Assembly (NCBI RefSeq): GCF_004010195.1
Contig: NC_057727.1
Span: forward strand, 7,735,416-7,798,864
Direction of reading: 5' to 3'
DNA: 63,449 nt
Source: Chiloscyllium plagiosum
Taxonomy: Eukaryota
Shown here: in pieces, positions 23,583-37,489 of the stretch
How the letters are laid out: every line of letters begins with the position of its first letter
Numbering within the stretch: position 1 is the first letter of the stretch
Position numbers and translations under genes: made by a program
The notes under the pieces: generated by a model
Seen by the model: only the letters and a program-made list of their open reading frames with translations
The model's database searches: none
What the model was told of the DNA's origin: nothing

Positions 23583-23917
23583 GGGTGGCATGGTGGTTCA
23601 GTGGTTAGCATTGCTGCCTCACCGCTCCAGGGACCCGGGTCTGATTCCCGCCTCGGGCGACTGTCTGTGTGGAGTTTGCACATTCTTCCCGTGTCTGCGT
23701 GGGTTTTCTCCGGGTGTTCCGGTTTCCTCCCACAGTCCAAAGATATGCAAGTTGGGTGAATTGGCCATGCCAAATTGCGCATAGTATTAGGTGCGTTAGT
23801 CAGGGGTAAATATAGGGTAGGGAATTGGTCTGGGTGGGTTACTCTTCGGAGGGTCAGTGCGGACTTGTTGGGCCTAAGAGCCTGTTTCCATATTGTAGGG
23901 AATGGAATCTAATCTAA
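23583..23917 (+). mobile_element. tRNA-derived V-SINE (HE1-like), inserted in a CR1 tail
   Basis: A/B-box head, central GTGGAGTTTGCACATTCT..CCGTGTCTGCGTGGGT V-domain and (AATCT)n tail. Confidence 0.88.
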
Positions 23918-24160
23918 ATATTGAATAGTGTAGGATAGATAGGCTTCAGATTGGTTTCACAGGTCAGCACAACATCGAGGACCGAAGGGCCTGTACTGTG
24001 CTGTGATGTTCTATGTTCTATCAGTGGAACCAGTTTCTCCCAATTAACACTTATAAAAACTTTTCATAATTCATCATTTTGAGTTCTACCTTTAAATCTC
24101 CTCTTAACCTTATCTGGTCATAGCTTTTCTAGTCTTTCCATCAGGTTAAAGCTTTCTCAC

Positions 24161-24257
24161 CATTTCCATCAGGGTCAGCCTCAAGACCCGCGTAGATTTC
24201 TCGAATATTTTCAGGAGTAATCCAGACACCATCACCGAAACGTGTATGGGTCAAGAC
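24161..24257 (-). CDS. P4HTM: P4HTM exon 4 (VLTHTRFGDGVWITPENIREIYAGLEADPDGN-G)
   Basis: 97 nt, CAG acceptor and GTGAG donor. Matches human [32 protein letters not shown]. Not in the ORF track. Confidence 0.93.
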
Positions 24258-25899
24258 CTGTAATTAAAAATAAATTCTTATTCAAAAACATTTGTTAGCT
24301 TGCCATACAATACTAATAATCAGGCAAACATAAAGATATAGAGGGAGTGGAGTATAAATCTGGTGAGAATACGACAGGGTAACCTACTGTGAAATACTAC
24401 ACTTTCTAGCTATAAGAAATGAAGTTGGTAGAAGTTAATTTTTTTCAAATTTCAAACTACCTACTAGTCTAGTATCCGATGTCTTCATGTCCAGTTGCAG
24501 TGCCAGTGTGTCTCCATCACACCACAAAACGAAAGGAATGATAGCTCCAGATCACAACAAAGTTCCCTTCATACCTGTTCCAATTTTTCTGTGACTTGAT
24601 GCTGAGTTTTCCTCTTGTCCCAACTTAGAGTCTACACGAGGTCTACTTCAGCTTAGAATGCATTCTCAGAATAGAGACAGAATAATAGCACCCTGCCCTT
24701 TGGCATTGTGAGTGTATCGATACCAAATAAATTACAGCAGTTGAAGAAGGCAGCTCAATATCACCTTCTCAACGGCAAATAGGGATGGACAATAATGATG
24801 CCATGCACTTTAATGGAGGATACAGAATGTTTTGTGGATACAGTAGACGAAGTATTCCTTTTAGTATCAATGGTGAAATCTGAAGCAGCTAAACATCTGA
24901 AAGACAATATAAACTTGGAGATGCCCGGGATACAGGATCTAACATAAATGAAATAAGTTTAAATTAGTATTGACCAGCAGTGATTAATGTTAAAATAGCT
25001 AAAGGCAGTCTTTGGTACTTATTCCGATTTCATATTCCACAGCACTTTGTAATTATACTTCACAGAAGTGTAATAATAAATCAAGCCAAAATGAGACAAT
25101 ATTAGGAATGACGATAAAAGCAGTAGTTAAGGCAGTTTTAAAAAGAGGTAACAAAGATATATGAGTAAGACAGGTCGAGATTTAGTAACAAAGTTAGGTA
25201 TTTTTGGGCATTGGCAGCTGAAGACAAAGACATTAATGACATATAATAAGGATGAGGGCTAGGAAGAAGTTCTTATTTCCACCACACAGCTTGTTTCTGG
25301 CAGTAATAAGTGGTTAGGGATCAAATTAGCTTTTGTTGAAAGTAAGAAAGCTTGCAACAAATAACAGGGCTTTGGTTTAAAAAATAAACTTGTCTTCAGA
25401 ATTGAAATAAAGAAGGGCTGTCCTTTAAAAATGGAACTGAGAAGTCTGAGTCTATACCCTCTACAGCTTCAATGATCTCATTGAAACACAAAATTCTTAA
25501 GAGAATTTGACATGGTCAACGTTGAGAGGCTGTTTCCCCTGGCTAGAACTATGGACCACATTACAGGGTGTTCAAGACGATAAGGATAGAATGGAAAAGT
25601 GACATTGAGTTACAAATTCAGCTATGTTGTGACTAAATGGCACAACAGACACAAAGGGACCAACTCTTGATCCTGTATTTTAATATTCTTACCTGGACAG
25701 AATAGGTGAAACTGACACAAAGTCCAGGGAATTGCAAGAGGAAATGAGTTATGCACCAAGACATATTTTCTTTATACACAGGGTCAAGTTTCAATTCACA
25801 CTAAACCAGGCTAATCCACAAAGATTTCACCAGCTGCTTTGGTGTGTGAGGTAGCTCTCACATTCTCTGGTGCACAAATACTAACTTACAGTTAGTAAG

Positions 25900-28135
25900 G
25901 AGTTAGTTGGGAGGGAGAGTGACAGGATGGTTGTTATGGGTAACTTCTTTAACTTTCCAAATATTGACTGGAAATACTATAGTTCGAGTACTTCACATGG
26001 GTCAATTTTTGTCCAATGCGTGCAGGAGGGTTTCCTGACATACTAGATAGACAGGCCTAAAAGGGGTGAGGCCACATCAAATTTGGTACTGGGTAATGAA
26101 CCCAGCCAGGTGTTAGACTTGGAGGTAGGTGAACACTTTAGTGATAGTGAATACAATTTAGTTATGTTTACTTTCATGATGGAAAGGGATAGGTTTATGC
26201 CACTGGGCAAGAGTTATAGCTAGAGGAAAGGCAATTACGATGCAAAGAAGCAAGATTTAGGGTGCACAGAATGGGGAAGGAATCTGCAGTGGATGGCATA
26301 ATTGAAATGTGGAGCTTATTCAAGGAACAGATACTGCGGATCCTTGATAAGGATGTCCCTGTCAGGCAGGGAGGATGTTGTCGAGTGCGTGAACCGTGGT
26401 TAATTAAGAAAGTTGAATCTCTTGTCAAGAGGAAGAAGAAGGCTTATGTTAGGATGAGATGTGATGGCTCAGTTAGGGCGCTTGAGAGTTACAAGTTAGC
26501 CAGGAAAGACCTAAACTTCACACTAGAAAAAGACAATGTGGTCAAGGAGAATACTGTGATACAGGTTACCAGAGTAGATGGGATTGAGGTTCACAAGGAG
26601 GATGTGTTAGCAATTCTGAAAAGTGTAACAATTCATAAGTTCCCTGGGCCGGATGGGATTTATCCTAGGATTCTCTGGGAAGCCAGGGAGGAGATTACCA
26701 TGCCTTTGGCTTTGATCTTTATGCTGTCATTGTCTACAGGAGTAGTGCCAGAAGATTGCAGGACAGCAAATGTTGTGCTCTTACTCAAGAAGCGAGTAGA
26801 TAAAACCCTGGTAATTATAGATGAGGGAGCCTTACTTCAGTTGTGGGTAAATTGTTGGAAAGGTTATAAGAGATAGCATTTATAATCATCTAGAAAGGAA
26901 TAAGTTGATTTGGGATAGTCAACACGATTTTGTCATGCCTCACAAACGTTATTGAGTTCTTTGTGAAGGTGACCAAAAAGTTGGATGAGGGTAAGGCGGT
27001 CGATGTGGTGTATGTGAATTGTAGTAAGACATTTGATAAGGTTCTCCATAGTAGGCTATTGTACAAAATACAGAGACATGGGATTGAGGGTAATTTAGCG
27101 GTTTGGATTAGAAATCGGTGGTTGAAAGAAGACAGAGGGTGGTGGGTGATGGGAAATATTCATCTTGGAGCTCAGTTACTAGTCGTGTACCGCAAGGATC
27201 TGTTTTGGGTCCACTGGTGTTCGTTATTTTTATAAATGACCTGGATGAGGGCTTAGAAGGATGGGTTAGTAAATTTGCAGATGACACTAAGGTTGGTAGA
27301 GTAGTGACAAAGGATGCTGCAGGTTACAGAAGGACATAGATAAGTTGCAGAGCTGGACTGAGAGGTGGCAATGGAGTTTAATGTGGAAAAGTGTGAGGTG
27401 ATTCACTTTGGAAGGAGTAACAGAAATGCAGAGTACTGGGTAAGATTCGTGGTAGTGTAGATGAGCAGAAAGATCTCGGTGTCCAGGTACATAGATCCTT
27501 GAAAGTTGCCACCCAGGTCGATAGGGTTGTTAAGAAGGCATACAGTATATTAGCTTTTATTGGCAGAGGGATCGAGTTTTGGAACCATGAGGTCATGCCG
27601 CAGCTGTATAAACTCTGATGTGGCCACACTTGGAGTATTGCGTATAGTTCTAGTCATTGCATTATAGGAAGGACGTGGAAGCTTTGGCAAGGGTTCAGAG
27701 AAGATTTACTAGGATGTTGCCTGGCATAGAGGCAAGGTCTTATGAGGAAAGGCTGAGGGTCTTGAGAAGGAGGTTGAGGGGCGACTTAATTGAGACATAT
27801 AAGATAATCAGAGGGTTAGATATTTTGGACAGTGAGAGCCTTTTTCCTTGGATGGCAATGGCTAGCAAGAGGCGACATGGCATTAAATTGAGGGGTGATA
27901 GATATAGGACAGATGTCAGAGGTAGTTTCTTTACACACAGAGTAGTAGGGGCATGGAATGCACTGCCTGCAGCAGTAGTAGACTCGGCAACTTTAAAAGC
28001 ATTTAAATAGTCATTGGATAGGCAAATGCATGAGAATGGAATAGTGTAGCTTAAATGGGCTTCAGACTGGTTTCACAGGTTGGCGCAACGTCGAGGGCCG
28101 AAGGGCCTATACCATGCTGTAATGCTCTATGTTAC
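25900..28135 (+). mobile_element. Decayed CR1 LINE ORF2 with internal deletion and 3' tail
   Basis: [33 protein letters not shown] and WNALP motifs across frameshifted ORFs. Confidence 0.92.
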
Positions 28136-30276
28136 ACATTTGATAAGCTTCTCATATCAAGGAACATTTAACTTATCAATAAACTGACTAGCTTTTATCA
28201 ATGAAATTATTAAATGCTTCAGTATACGTTTTTTGAAATAAAGCTATTTCCAGTGGTTTTAAAATAGCACTATGGCTTTTTGGACAGCAGCAGTTCAAGA
28301 GTTGGCTCTCCACCTTATTCTGGAGAGCAATTAGGGATTGACAATAAATGCTGGCCTTGCCAGTGACACTTGCATACAAAGAACCAACACAAGCAAAGGG
28401 ATTGGACATCTTTTATTTAAAATGTCTACTTTTGGTGATAAACTCATTTTTCATGGCATGAACAAAATTATATCAGATTGCCACTTTTAAATTCATCAAA
28501 ATCGAAAGAAAAAAGGAATTATATTATGGTTCAAAATTGTATTAGTTTACAGGTTTTAGTTTTGTGATTACTTACATAGATTTTAGTGGAATTTTGAATG
28601 GTAACCTAATGCCCAGCATACTTTGGACCCAACTGTCCAATTTCTTCCAAATCAGAAATTTCACACCAAACTGTAAGTTTTGGGGATGCTTCCCAGCAGA
28701 GGGACTTTTCCCAGCCAATTTACCATACTTGATAACAGCTGCTTCAGAATTTAAGATCCCTCTCTTTGGCAAAATTTTAGTTTTAAAATATATTCCTAAT
28801 ACTCTAAGAAAAATAAAGAAACAATGAAATTCACAGCTGACCCTGGACATTTAAAAGGATGGGTATATAAATAAGATGAGTTTAGAGGGATATGGGCCAC
28901 ATGTTGGCGAATGGGACTAGATTTATTTAGGATGGCTAGTCAGCATGGACAAGTTGGTGCAATGCGTCTGCTTCCGTGCTGTATATCTCTATGATTCGAT
29001 TTATACTACTCCCCTTACCCCTCTGACTTGGTCAAGGGGAGAGGCTACAAGTTGAACCATGTGGTTTGCAATCACTGATATCATTCTGTTCAATAATTCA
29101 GCCAACAGGAAGTCAGCATTACTTACACAAAGTCTACATATCTAATTTGGAAGTTTCAAATACTTCGACTTGTCATAAATATTACATTGTTGCACTATTG
29201 ACTGCTTTAAAAGTAGCTGGCTAAAGTGTGAAAAGTTACAAAATTTCCATGAAGAACAGGTTTGACTACTGCCTGCTGTTTCAACAGACTTAAGTGACAA
29301 GCTTACTCGGGATCAACATGATATGTGATGTAGAAAATGGGAAACATAAGAATCATTGGTCAGGAATTCTCATGTGGGATTTAGATAGGGAGAGAGCTTC
29401 ACCTTTTACCATATTGATTAAGTACACAGTCTGGGAACACATTACACTCATTCAACTATCGTTCAGATTGATATTCATTTGTTGAATGAGCAACAAAAAG
29501 ATTTTCCACCTTTCTTGTCCAGAAGCCAACATCTAACTGAGAAAGAACCTACCTCTATTTATCCTGGAAAAAAACACCACCATATCATTCAATAAACTAA
29601 TTAAAATAATCCAGCTCTTCTTTTATTCAATTTTTTCATTCAACGGTTTAGAGATATTATTACACATCTCTAGAGCAGGTGGAATTTAATGCCTGGTTTC
29701 CTGGCTCAGAGGCAGAGACACTAATACTGTGTATCAGTAGCTTTTAAGAATCCAGCTTTGCTTTCATATCCAGAAGTGTTCTTGCACACAACTGAATGTT
29801 TTTCTTTCCCCATCACCAAATCACATGCGGTATTTTTATATCCGTTAACCACCATCAGTAAATCAAGAAACCAGCTTTGTTTTTGATGATCAATTCATGC
29901 TTTTTAAAAATATTTTCTTAATCAACCTGTTCAGAGATGTTACTACACACCTCTGGAGCAGGTGAGAGTTGAATCCAGGTCTTCTGGTTCAGGGATAGGG
30001 ATACTTCCATTGTGCCATAAGAGAGCCACGATAAGAACCCAGCTCTTATAAACAAGTTGGATGAGCATCGCGTACTCCAATTAACTCTAGCTCTGTTCTG
30101 ATTTACCCTTAAAAGAATTTGCATAACTAACACTGACAATGCTAATCCTGACTACTCCCAACGCAAGATGTCTGTAAGGTGACAAAAATTAATCAATTGC
30201 TTGGAGCCATAAATTATTTTAAAAGCCCTGACATTGATAGAACAGTGAGGTATCTTCCTTAAGTAACACTAAATAC

Positions 30277-30467
30277 CTCTTTCATTTGTAGCTGTCCATC
30301 CTGATTGTAGTCAAGTAAGTTGAAAATTTCCTCCTTGCTGATATCCATCTCGTCAATGGCCTCCTGCTGAATGTCAGATGGCATAATCTGGCTCTCTTGG
30401 AGGCCCTTCAACTTTGCTAGATGTATGACAAGTTTGCATTCTTCCTCTGAAAGGAAGTTAGCAATTT
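30277..30467 (-). CDS. P4HTM: P4HTM exon 3 (EIANFLSEEECKLVIHLAKLKGLQESQIM...LLDYNQDGQLQMKE; EF-hand)
   Basis: 191 nt, AG/GT boundaries. Matches human [29 protein letters not shown]...LLDQNRDGHLQLRE. Confidence 0.95.
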
Positions 30468-33000
30468 CTGAAGAAAATATAATAAACAAATTATAAATAA
30501 CTGCAAACACAAAAGATTACAATACGCAGTAGAAACATCAAAAATCTACCACAATATACAATTGCCTAAACTTGATCATTTCTTGAGCATATTGATTCAT
30601 TTGCTTCTTCAGAGACTTGAACATATAGACTAGCCTTACATTTTAATGTAATACCAAGCACATTACAACAATGAATGCACATGGCTATGAAATACCTGAC
30701 ATATTCTGAGGTGTCACAAAACACCACATAAAATACAGCTTCTGCATTCACAGCCTATTTATGACAGTTGAAATTGTGTGGCCCCTTATGATTTATTCAT
30801 CAAGATGCATAATTTCATGGAATGGTATGTTTGAGCCTACATGTCTCTCCTCTTCCACAACCTTTATTGAATATTCTCAAGACCCTGACTCATGCTGAGA
30901 AAAGAGTTCAAACCTCCCACAGAAAATGAACGAATTTAAGTACATTTAATAAATAACCTTGAGTTAAAAAAAATCTCAATAGTGGTTATGAAAATACTGA
31001 ACTTTTATAAAAAACCCATTCACTTGCAGGATGCTGGCCGGGCCAGCATTTTTTCCCCATTCCTAATTGTCCAGAATCAACTGCATTACTGTGGGTCTGG
31101 AGCCACACATAGGCCAGACCAGGTGAGGACAGCAGTTTCCTTCCCTAAAGAACATGAGTGAATCAGATCATCTTTTTCCCCCAGTGATGGACAATGGTTA
31201 CATGATTCTCATTAGACCCTTAACTCCAGATTTTTTGTTGAATTCAAATTCCACTACCTGCCATGGTGGGATTCAAACATGAGTCTCCAGGATATTCTCT
31301 GGGTCTCTGGAGTAGTGGTCTAGTGATAATACTTCCCCGTCAATGGGTGTTAATATAGTTGGGCCTATGTCTGACTCTAGACACAGGACAATGTGTTGGG
31401 CTCTTAACTGTCTTATGTTTTACTCATTTCATATTGCTATGAGAAAGTTGAAGAATAAAACCGTCCTGACTAATCAGCATGGACTTAAGCATCAAGACAT
31501 CACAGAACAACAGAACTTTGCAGTACAAAGGAGGCCATTGTGCCTGTTCCTGCTCACCAAAGAGCTACCTAGCTAATCCTATTCTCCAGCCCTATCTCAC
31601 AACCCTCTAAAATTATCACTTTCAAATATACCCAAGGTCTTTATCTTCCAAGGTCTTCTTTGTTAACACTAGGAACTTTGCTAAAATTTAGAAAATTGTC
31701 CCACAGATGAGTCAAGTGACAGGCTGATATAATCATACCCATTGATTCATAGTTTACAGTTAATGTCTAAGTCTCTTCCATCACCATCCATGGTATGCCC
31801 TGGCCTACCAGAGATGATGGTTCAGTGGTGTAAAATCAGGAGTCAGTAGTTTTTTTTTATTAGATTCCCTACAGTGTGGAAAAAGGCCCTTTGGCCCCAC
31901 AAGTCCACATCGACCCACCCAAACCCATTTCCCACTGACAAATGCACCTAACACTATGGGCAATTTAGCGTGGCCAATTCACCTGACCTGTCTTCAATAT
32001 TGACTTCAGATCCCATTAAGTGTCTATGGCATCAGGTCAAACATGGGCAAGGAAACCGCCTATTGATCACAACCTACCTATTACCCTCCTTCACCAGCTG
32101 AATCAATGAACACCACTTATAAGAAACACTGAGGTAACAAGAAGAGAAATTTTGCACTAGGTAGGGACATCAATGACCACTATAAATAGTGGTTTAGTGG
32201 TATTACTACTAATAGTGCCCTGAAGGGCATTTCTGCCAGAGTGGATGTGCCAGAGTGGTCAGAGAACCAAAGAAAGAAAACCTACGTGATCATGTCATCA
32301 CCAAGATAGCTGTTGCAGATGTATGTGTCTTATAGCAATATTGACAGAAGTGGTTGAGGGCATTTAACATTTGAAGACACCCTACATGGTGTAGTGTTGC
32401 ACATGAAACAGATTTAGAACAAAACCAAGAAATGCTGGGGAAACTCAACAGGTCTAGCAGTTGTGTGGAGAAAGAAAGAGTTGATTCTTGTAAGAAAAAT
32501 CATACTTGACTTGACACATTAACTCTTTCTCCACAGATGCTGCCACATCTGCTGAGTTTCTCCAGAATTATCCATGCTTGTTTCAGACTTCCAGCATTTA
32601 CATTATTTTGCCTCTGATCAGAACAAATCTGGTAGGCAAAGACTGGGCTCCCATGAGGTGTTGTGAGTCATTTCTAGTAAAGAAAACTGTATTCAACCAT
32701 AATCTGACACTTCATGTTCAAAGTATCAGGCACTCTACTCTGTTCACTACTCGTCCAGCTGCAGCAGTTTGTACCAACCAAAAGATGCACAGCAGCAATT
32801 CACCCAGGATTCTTAGACAGCTGCTTCCAAACTCACAATTTTTACCACCTGGAAGGATAAGGGCAGATGGCATATGGAAGCGCCTGTAAGTTCCCCTCCA
32901 AGTCATTCACTATCCTAAAAGTTTCTTCACTGCTGCTGGATCAAAATCCTGGAATTCTTTAAAATAAAAGCAAAGTACCAAAGATGCCAGATTTTTTTTA

Positions 33001-33280
33001 AGATTCCCTATAGTGTGGAAATAGGCCCTCCAGCCCAAATCGACCCTCCGAAGAAACCCATTTCCCTCTGACTAATACACCTAACACTATGGGCAATTTA
33101 GCATGGCCAATTCACCTAATCTGCACATCTGGACTGTGGGAGGAACCCAGAGCAAACCCACGCAGATACGGGGAGAATGTGCAAACGCCACACAGTCACC
33201 CGAGGCTGGAATCTAACCTAGGACCCTAGTACTGTGAGGCAGCAGTGCTAACCACTGAGCCACTGAGCCACCGTACCACC
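33001..33280 (-). mobile_element. V-SINE (HE1-like)
   Basis: Reverse complement of the 23583 family. A partial copy also lies at about 31860-31990. Confidence 0.85.
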
Positions 33281-35859
33281 ATATCCGTTACAAAAACCAA
33301 AATGTTCAAGAAACACAGCAACTCGAACAAAGTCTGTGGAGAGAGAAAGAGTTAAAGTTATCAGTAATCGGTTTCGAAGAATAATCATATTGGCCTCAAA
33401 ACATTAACTGTTTCTCTTTGCAGATAATGACTGACTTGTTAGGCTTCTCCAGCATTTTCCAATTTTATTATTCCTGAAATTCCTCTCTGGTACTATTTTA
33501 ATAAATGAGTTATGGTAACAAATACTCGCCTTGCCAGTAACACCCACATCTTATATCTTATGTTCTTAGGTCAGGAAATAAGACAAAAATCCATTTGGTC
33601 GTTGCCAACTCCATAATTTCAATTTTAAAAAGTCAGCAAAATAAATGTTCTTTCTTTCTCAAAAGGATCCCTAGCAATAAAAAAGATTTCAGTCATAAAA
33701 TTAACAAAGCTTTGAAAAGGCTTCATTTGATGCTCCTTTACATCTAAGTTTTTTTAAATCTAACTGCAGCACCGGGTATAATTCTCATGAACGCTGGTTT
33801 TTAATGTACTCAACTGGCTTCTAACAGAACTGTTAAGTGAATGCAGAAATAATAAAAAAATTGTCACCAAACATATTCTTAATGAAAAGGAAAGCAGACG
33901 GGTCACTTGCAAAACTCGATTGCCATTAGAATTTTTTTAAAATGGAAACCTAACTTTCTTACTCATATTCAGAATTCATTCCGGAGTTTTCAGTGAGGCC
34001 TCCTGTTTGACAATTGTTAACAGCGGGGGAGAATCCTCAATTACTACCGTCAAATAAATTAAAATGACTAAAGAATTCCCCCCGCCAGGACGCATCTTCC
34101 CTCGCTAACTTCAGTTTAGTTAAAAAGTGGGATTTGTACTCTCCGGAAGAATTCTCACCGTTTCCAAGGAGAAGAACAAAACACACACACACCGTGTTTC
34201 GATCTTTTCCAACCACCATAATAAAGGCATTATTACAGAAAGTGAATTGTTTCTGCAACCAAGAAAACTTGTAATATCCAAATTAATCCCAGCCAGAATA
34301 TACAATTGGAATGCGCTCTCTTTGTAAATATTCGACTATGACTTGAAGTCCAAAGATTTAAATAACGGGAAGGAAACTACAGAAATGTATGTTTTCATTA
34401 CAAGGTTTTCTAGCTATCCAAAAGGGAATCCAACCGACTCCCCACAATTAGCTCACGGGGCGAATGTTCTCCCTAAGGCAACAAGCACACAATGTGAAAG
34501 CAAATTATACTTAATTCGTAAAAGATTGGGAGTGTTTCATCAAACAACTTTATATACATTTCAAATGTCAATACATTGTCGGGACTTTACACCAAAATGA
34601 CCTGAAAAAAGCATATTTCACTGCATTCTCGTTTTACGTATTAAAATGACCTCACGATTTGCCTCCGCAAAGGATTTGTGTGCTTTAAATGAAATTGACC
34701 TCCCTTGAGAAGACGGTACTGTGTACGGTTCGTCCCCACAGGGCTTTGATGCTACAGTGGTAGCATTCTGGGTTCAAGTCCCATCTGCTCTGCAAATATG
34801 TCATAATACATACAAACAGGTTGATGATAAATATTAATTAATATTTTTCACGAAATCGCTACTTGATCAAATTATCAACACAAACTGTTTGCAAGTAGTC
34901 CAATTCAGAACAAAAAAGCATTATTTGCCAATATATTTGACGTTAAAGACATTAGATCAGTTTTCAAATCATGGCTACTTTGGATAAGAAACAAAAACAA
35001 ATTGCTGAACCTTTGGGATCACAGGATTCTAGACTTCACTCTGCTCTCTCTCCACAGATACTGCTAGACCTGCTCGGTTTCTCCAGCATTTTCTGCCTGT
35101 TTGTTTCAGATGTCCAGTATCTGCAGTTCCTGGTTTTATTTTACATTGGAAAAGAGTTTATTTGTTAATAAAGGCCATTAATGAAGGTCAAAATAATTAT
35201 GAACTGCCAGACAGCAGACTGGGTGTCATCTGTATCCAGAGAGGTCTGAAAGAAAACAAACTTTGGAATATAATTTACTTCATTTAAGATGCTAACTGGA
35301 ACGTACGAAACAATTATTTTGTTAATTATAGAATTGAGAATTCACCCCAGAGTGAAAAATAAGCTGGATCGACGGCTCAAGATCGTAGATAAATCTAGCT
35401 TCCCCCAAACAAAATCTAAAATGCTGATACAATGTGTAAACATCTAATTTGTTGTGCCGTTGCATCCTGGGTCCTGAATGTAAATAGAGCAACCACAACA
35501 GCAATAAACAGGCGGGGAATAGAAGAATATGGAGAAAGTGAGGACTGCAGAGGAATACGGACCGTGCAGCTGAGCTAACTTTGGAATGGGGTCAAGGTCA
35601 GCAGAGACCGAAGGACCTGTTCCTGTGCTGTCCTGTTCTGGTGTGTTCCTTGAAAAGCATGCCCTAGCAGTAAGTGAGCTTCGTGGACTCACTGTAATGT
35701 GGTTGCAACTCGCCTTAACCCACGTTTAATATTTGCGTGGTTCGCTGCACAAAATAAACGTGTTTAATTTGATTTCCTCCGAACACAAATACATTTCCTG
35801 ATGTAGCGGTTCCCTGCCAGACAATTATCGAGCAGCTGGAGGGGACCAAGACGAAGAGC

Positions 35860-36110
35860 AGTTTCTAAATGCCCTAATATGAAGCGTCAATCTGATGTAA
35901 TAATTCGGAGGTCTTTACAATAGCAGCCATTCCTTCCCCTCATTAAAGTACCTGCTGCTCCCAGCTTCAAACCACCCCCTCTCCTGAAAATCCAAACAAT
36001 AGCAGTAATTTGTAAAAAAAACACTTTGGCATTGTTTTGGTTCGACCTAATGAGTAGGGATTAAGCAGTAACTTTACTATAAATGGTCCATGGAAATTTG
36101 GCAATAGTCG
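35860..36110 (+). promoter_or_regulatory. Probable Crescent proximal promoter
   Basis: TATAAA at 36078-36083, about 100 bp upstream of the ATG. GGATTA at 36058-36063, Sox-like AACAAT/CATTGT and several TAAT cores. Confidence 0.5.
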
Positions 36111-36184
36111 GAATATCACGGTCTGCTCAGTTCGGTTGAGTTCTTTGGTCTGACCCAAGTGACACGGGAACCACAAGAACTGTG

Positions 36185-36507
36185 ATGGCATGCACAGCAT
36201 CTAGACATGTTCCCAAACTCAGCCTGCAGAGTTTATTATTCATTGTAACCTGTCTGTTGCCTGTGGCTTCTCACGGGCTGTCGGTAAACCTGGCCAGTTC
36301 CACCAGATGCTTGCACATCCCTAAGACGATGGCTCTGTGCTACGACATCGGCTATACTGAGATGAGAATCCCTAACTTACTCGGGCACGAAACACTGCCT
36401 GAAGTAATCCAGCAGTCCACCAGCTGGTTATCCTTACTGGCCAGAGAATGTCATCCAGACGCCAGGATCTTCCTTTGTTCGCTTATTGCACCGGTTTGCA
36501 TGGACAG
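36185..36507 (+). CDS. frzb2: Crescent (secreted frizzled-related protein) exon 1: signal peptide and first half of the Frizzled CRD
   Basis: Hydrophobic leader, then CLHIPKTMALCYDIGYTEMRIPNLLGHETLPEVIQQSTSWLSLLARECHPDARIFLCSL, which is Crescent-type rather than Sizzled-type. Donor AG|GTAAG. Confidence 0.9.
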
Positions 36508-37489
36508 GTAAGCAGCGTAAACAGTACTCGCCCAATAACCCACGTTGCTCTTCCTCATCTGACACGTCAACCGTAACAGTGTGAATATACAGAAATCAAA
36601 TTAGCATCAAGTATCAAACGAAAAGAGAAATACGTAACGAGTTGCCTTGTGAAATGTTTTTTCTTTGCTCTCGGGTTTACATGCCCCAAGGTACCAATAA
36701 ACATTTACCCTGTGTCAGTGACACTATTGTCAATTTGTAAAATGGAATCAATTAAGTATTTGTTTAATACGAGGCCTTTTTGAGTGATGTATTTTATTTT
36801 GGTTTTAAGTTATGTATCAGTCTAACATCGCTGAACGGTTTTATTTTCTGAAAGCGAACTGAAATGCAATTATTCCAGTTTTCAAATTCCCAACCTCGCC
36901 GCCTCTAGTTATGCGACAGGCGGTTTTCAGGTGAGGTTCATTTCTATCAGTTTTCACTTTTTTGGGGGAGGGGTTGGGTGGGCAAGAAGACACTCCTTAA
37001 ATTCTTATTTCTCTTCCATTTCCCGTCAACATCCGTGGTCTAATCTTGTTTGTCGGGCTCTCCAGACAGATTAACATTCTGGTACATCTCTTGTTTTCCC
37101 TTTTCCTGTGGGAATTTAAAATTCCTGGTTCTCACTGGACATCTGTCTTACATGTCGCACATTTTCCAATAAGAAATCACTGAGCTGAGATCAGGAACTA
37201 GAAGTCTGGCTCAAATCTTGTATTCCCAGTCAACAGAATTAAAAAGTAAGGCAAGTTGCTTAGCCCTACTTGAGAGCAGCATGCGTATAATAGAAAACAT
37301 TTGGGGCTACTGGAGGGTGTGTGCAGAGATTTGTTTAGAAGAATGATACCCGAAATATCTACGCATAGATATCAAGAAAGTTTGTTTTCTCTTTTCAAAA
37401 GGCTACAGGATGATCGAGTAAAGGTCTTTAAATGTGAAACGGTTTGATAGGGTGGATACGTGGAGAATATTTACTCTTGTAGGGAAGAG

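Noticed and set aside
23583-23660. tRNA genes at SINE heads
   Set aside because: The A/B boxes continue into V-SINE bodies, with no complete cloverleaf.
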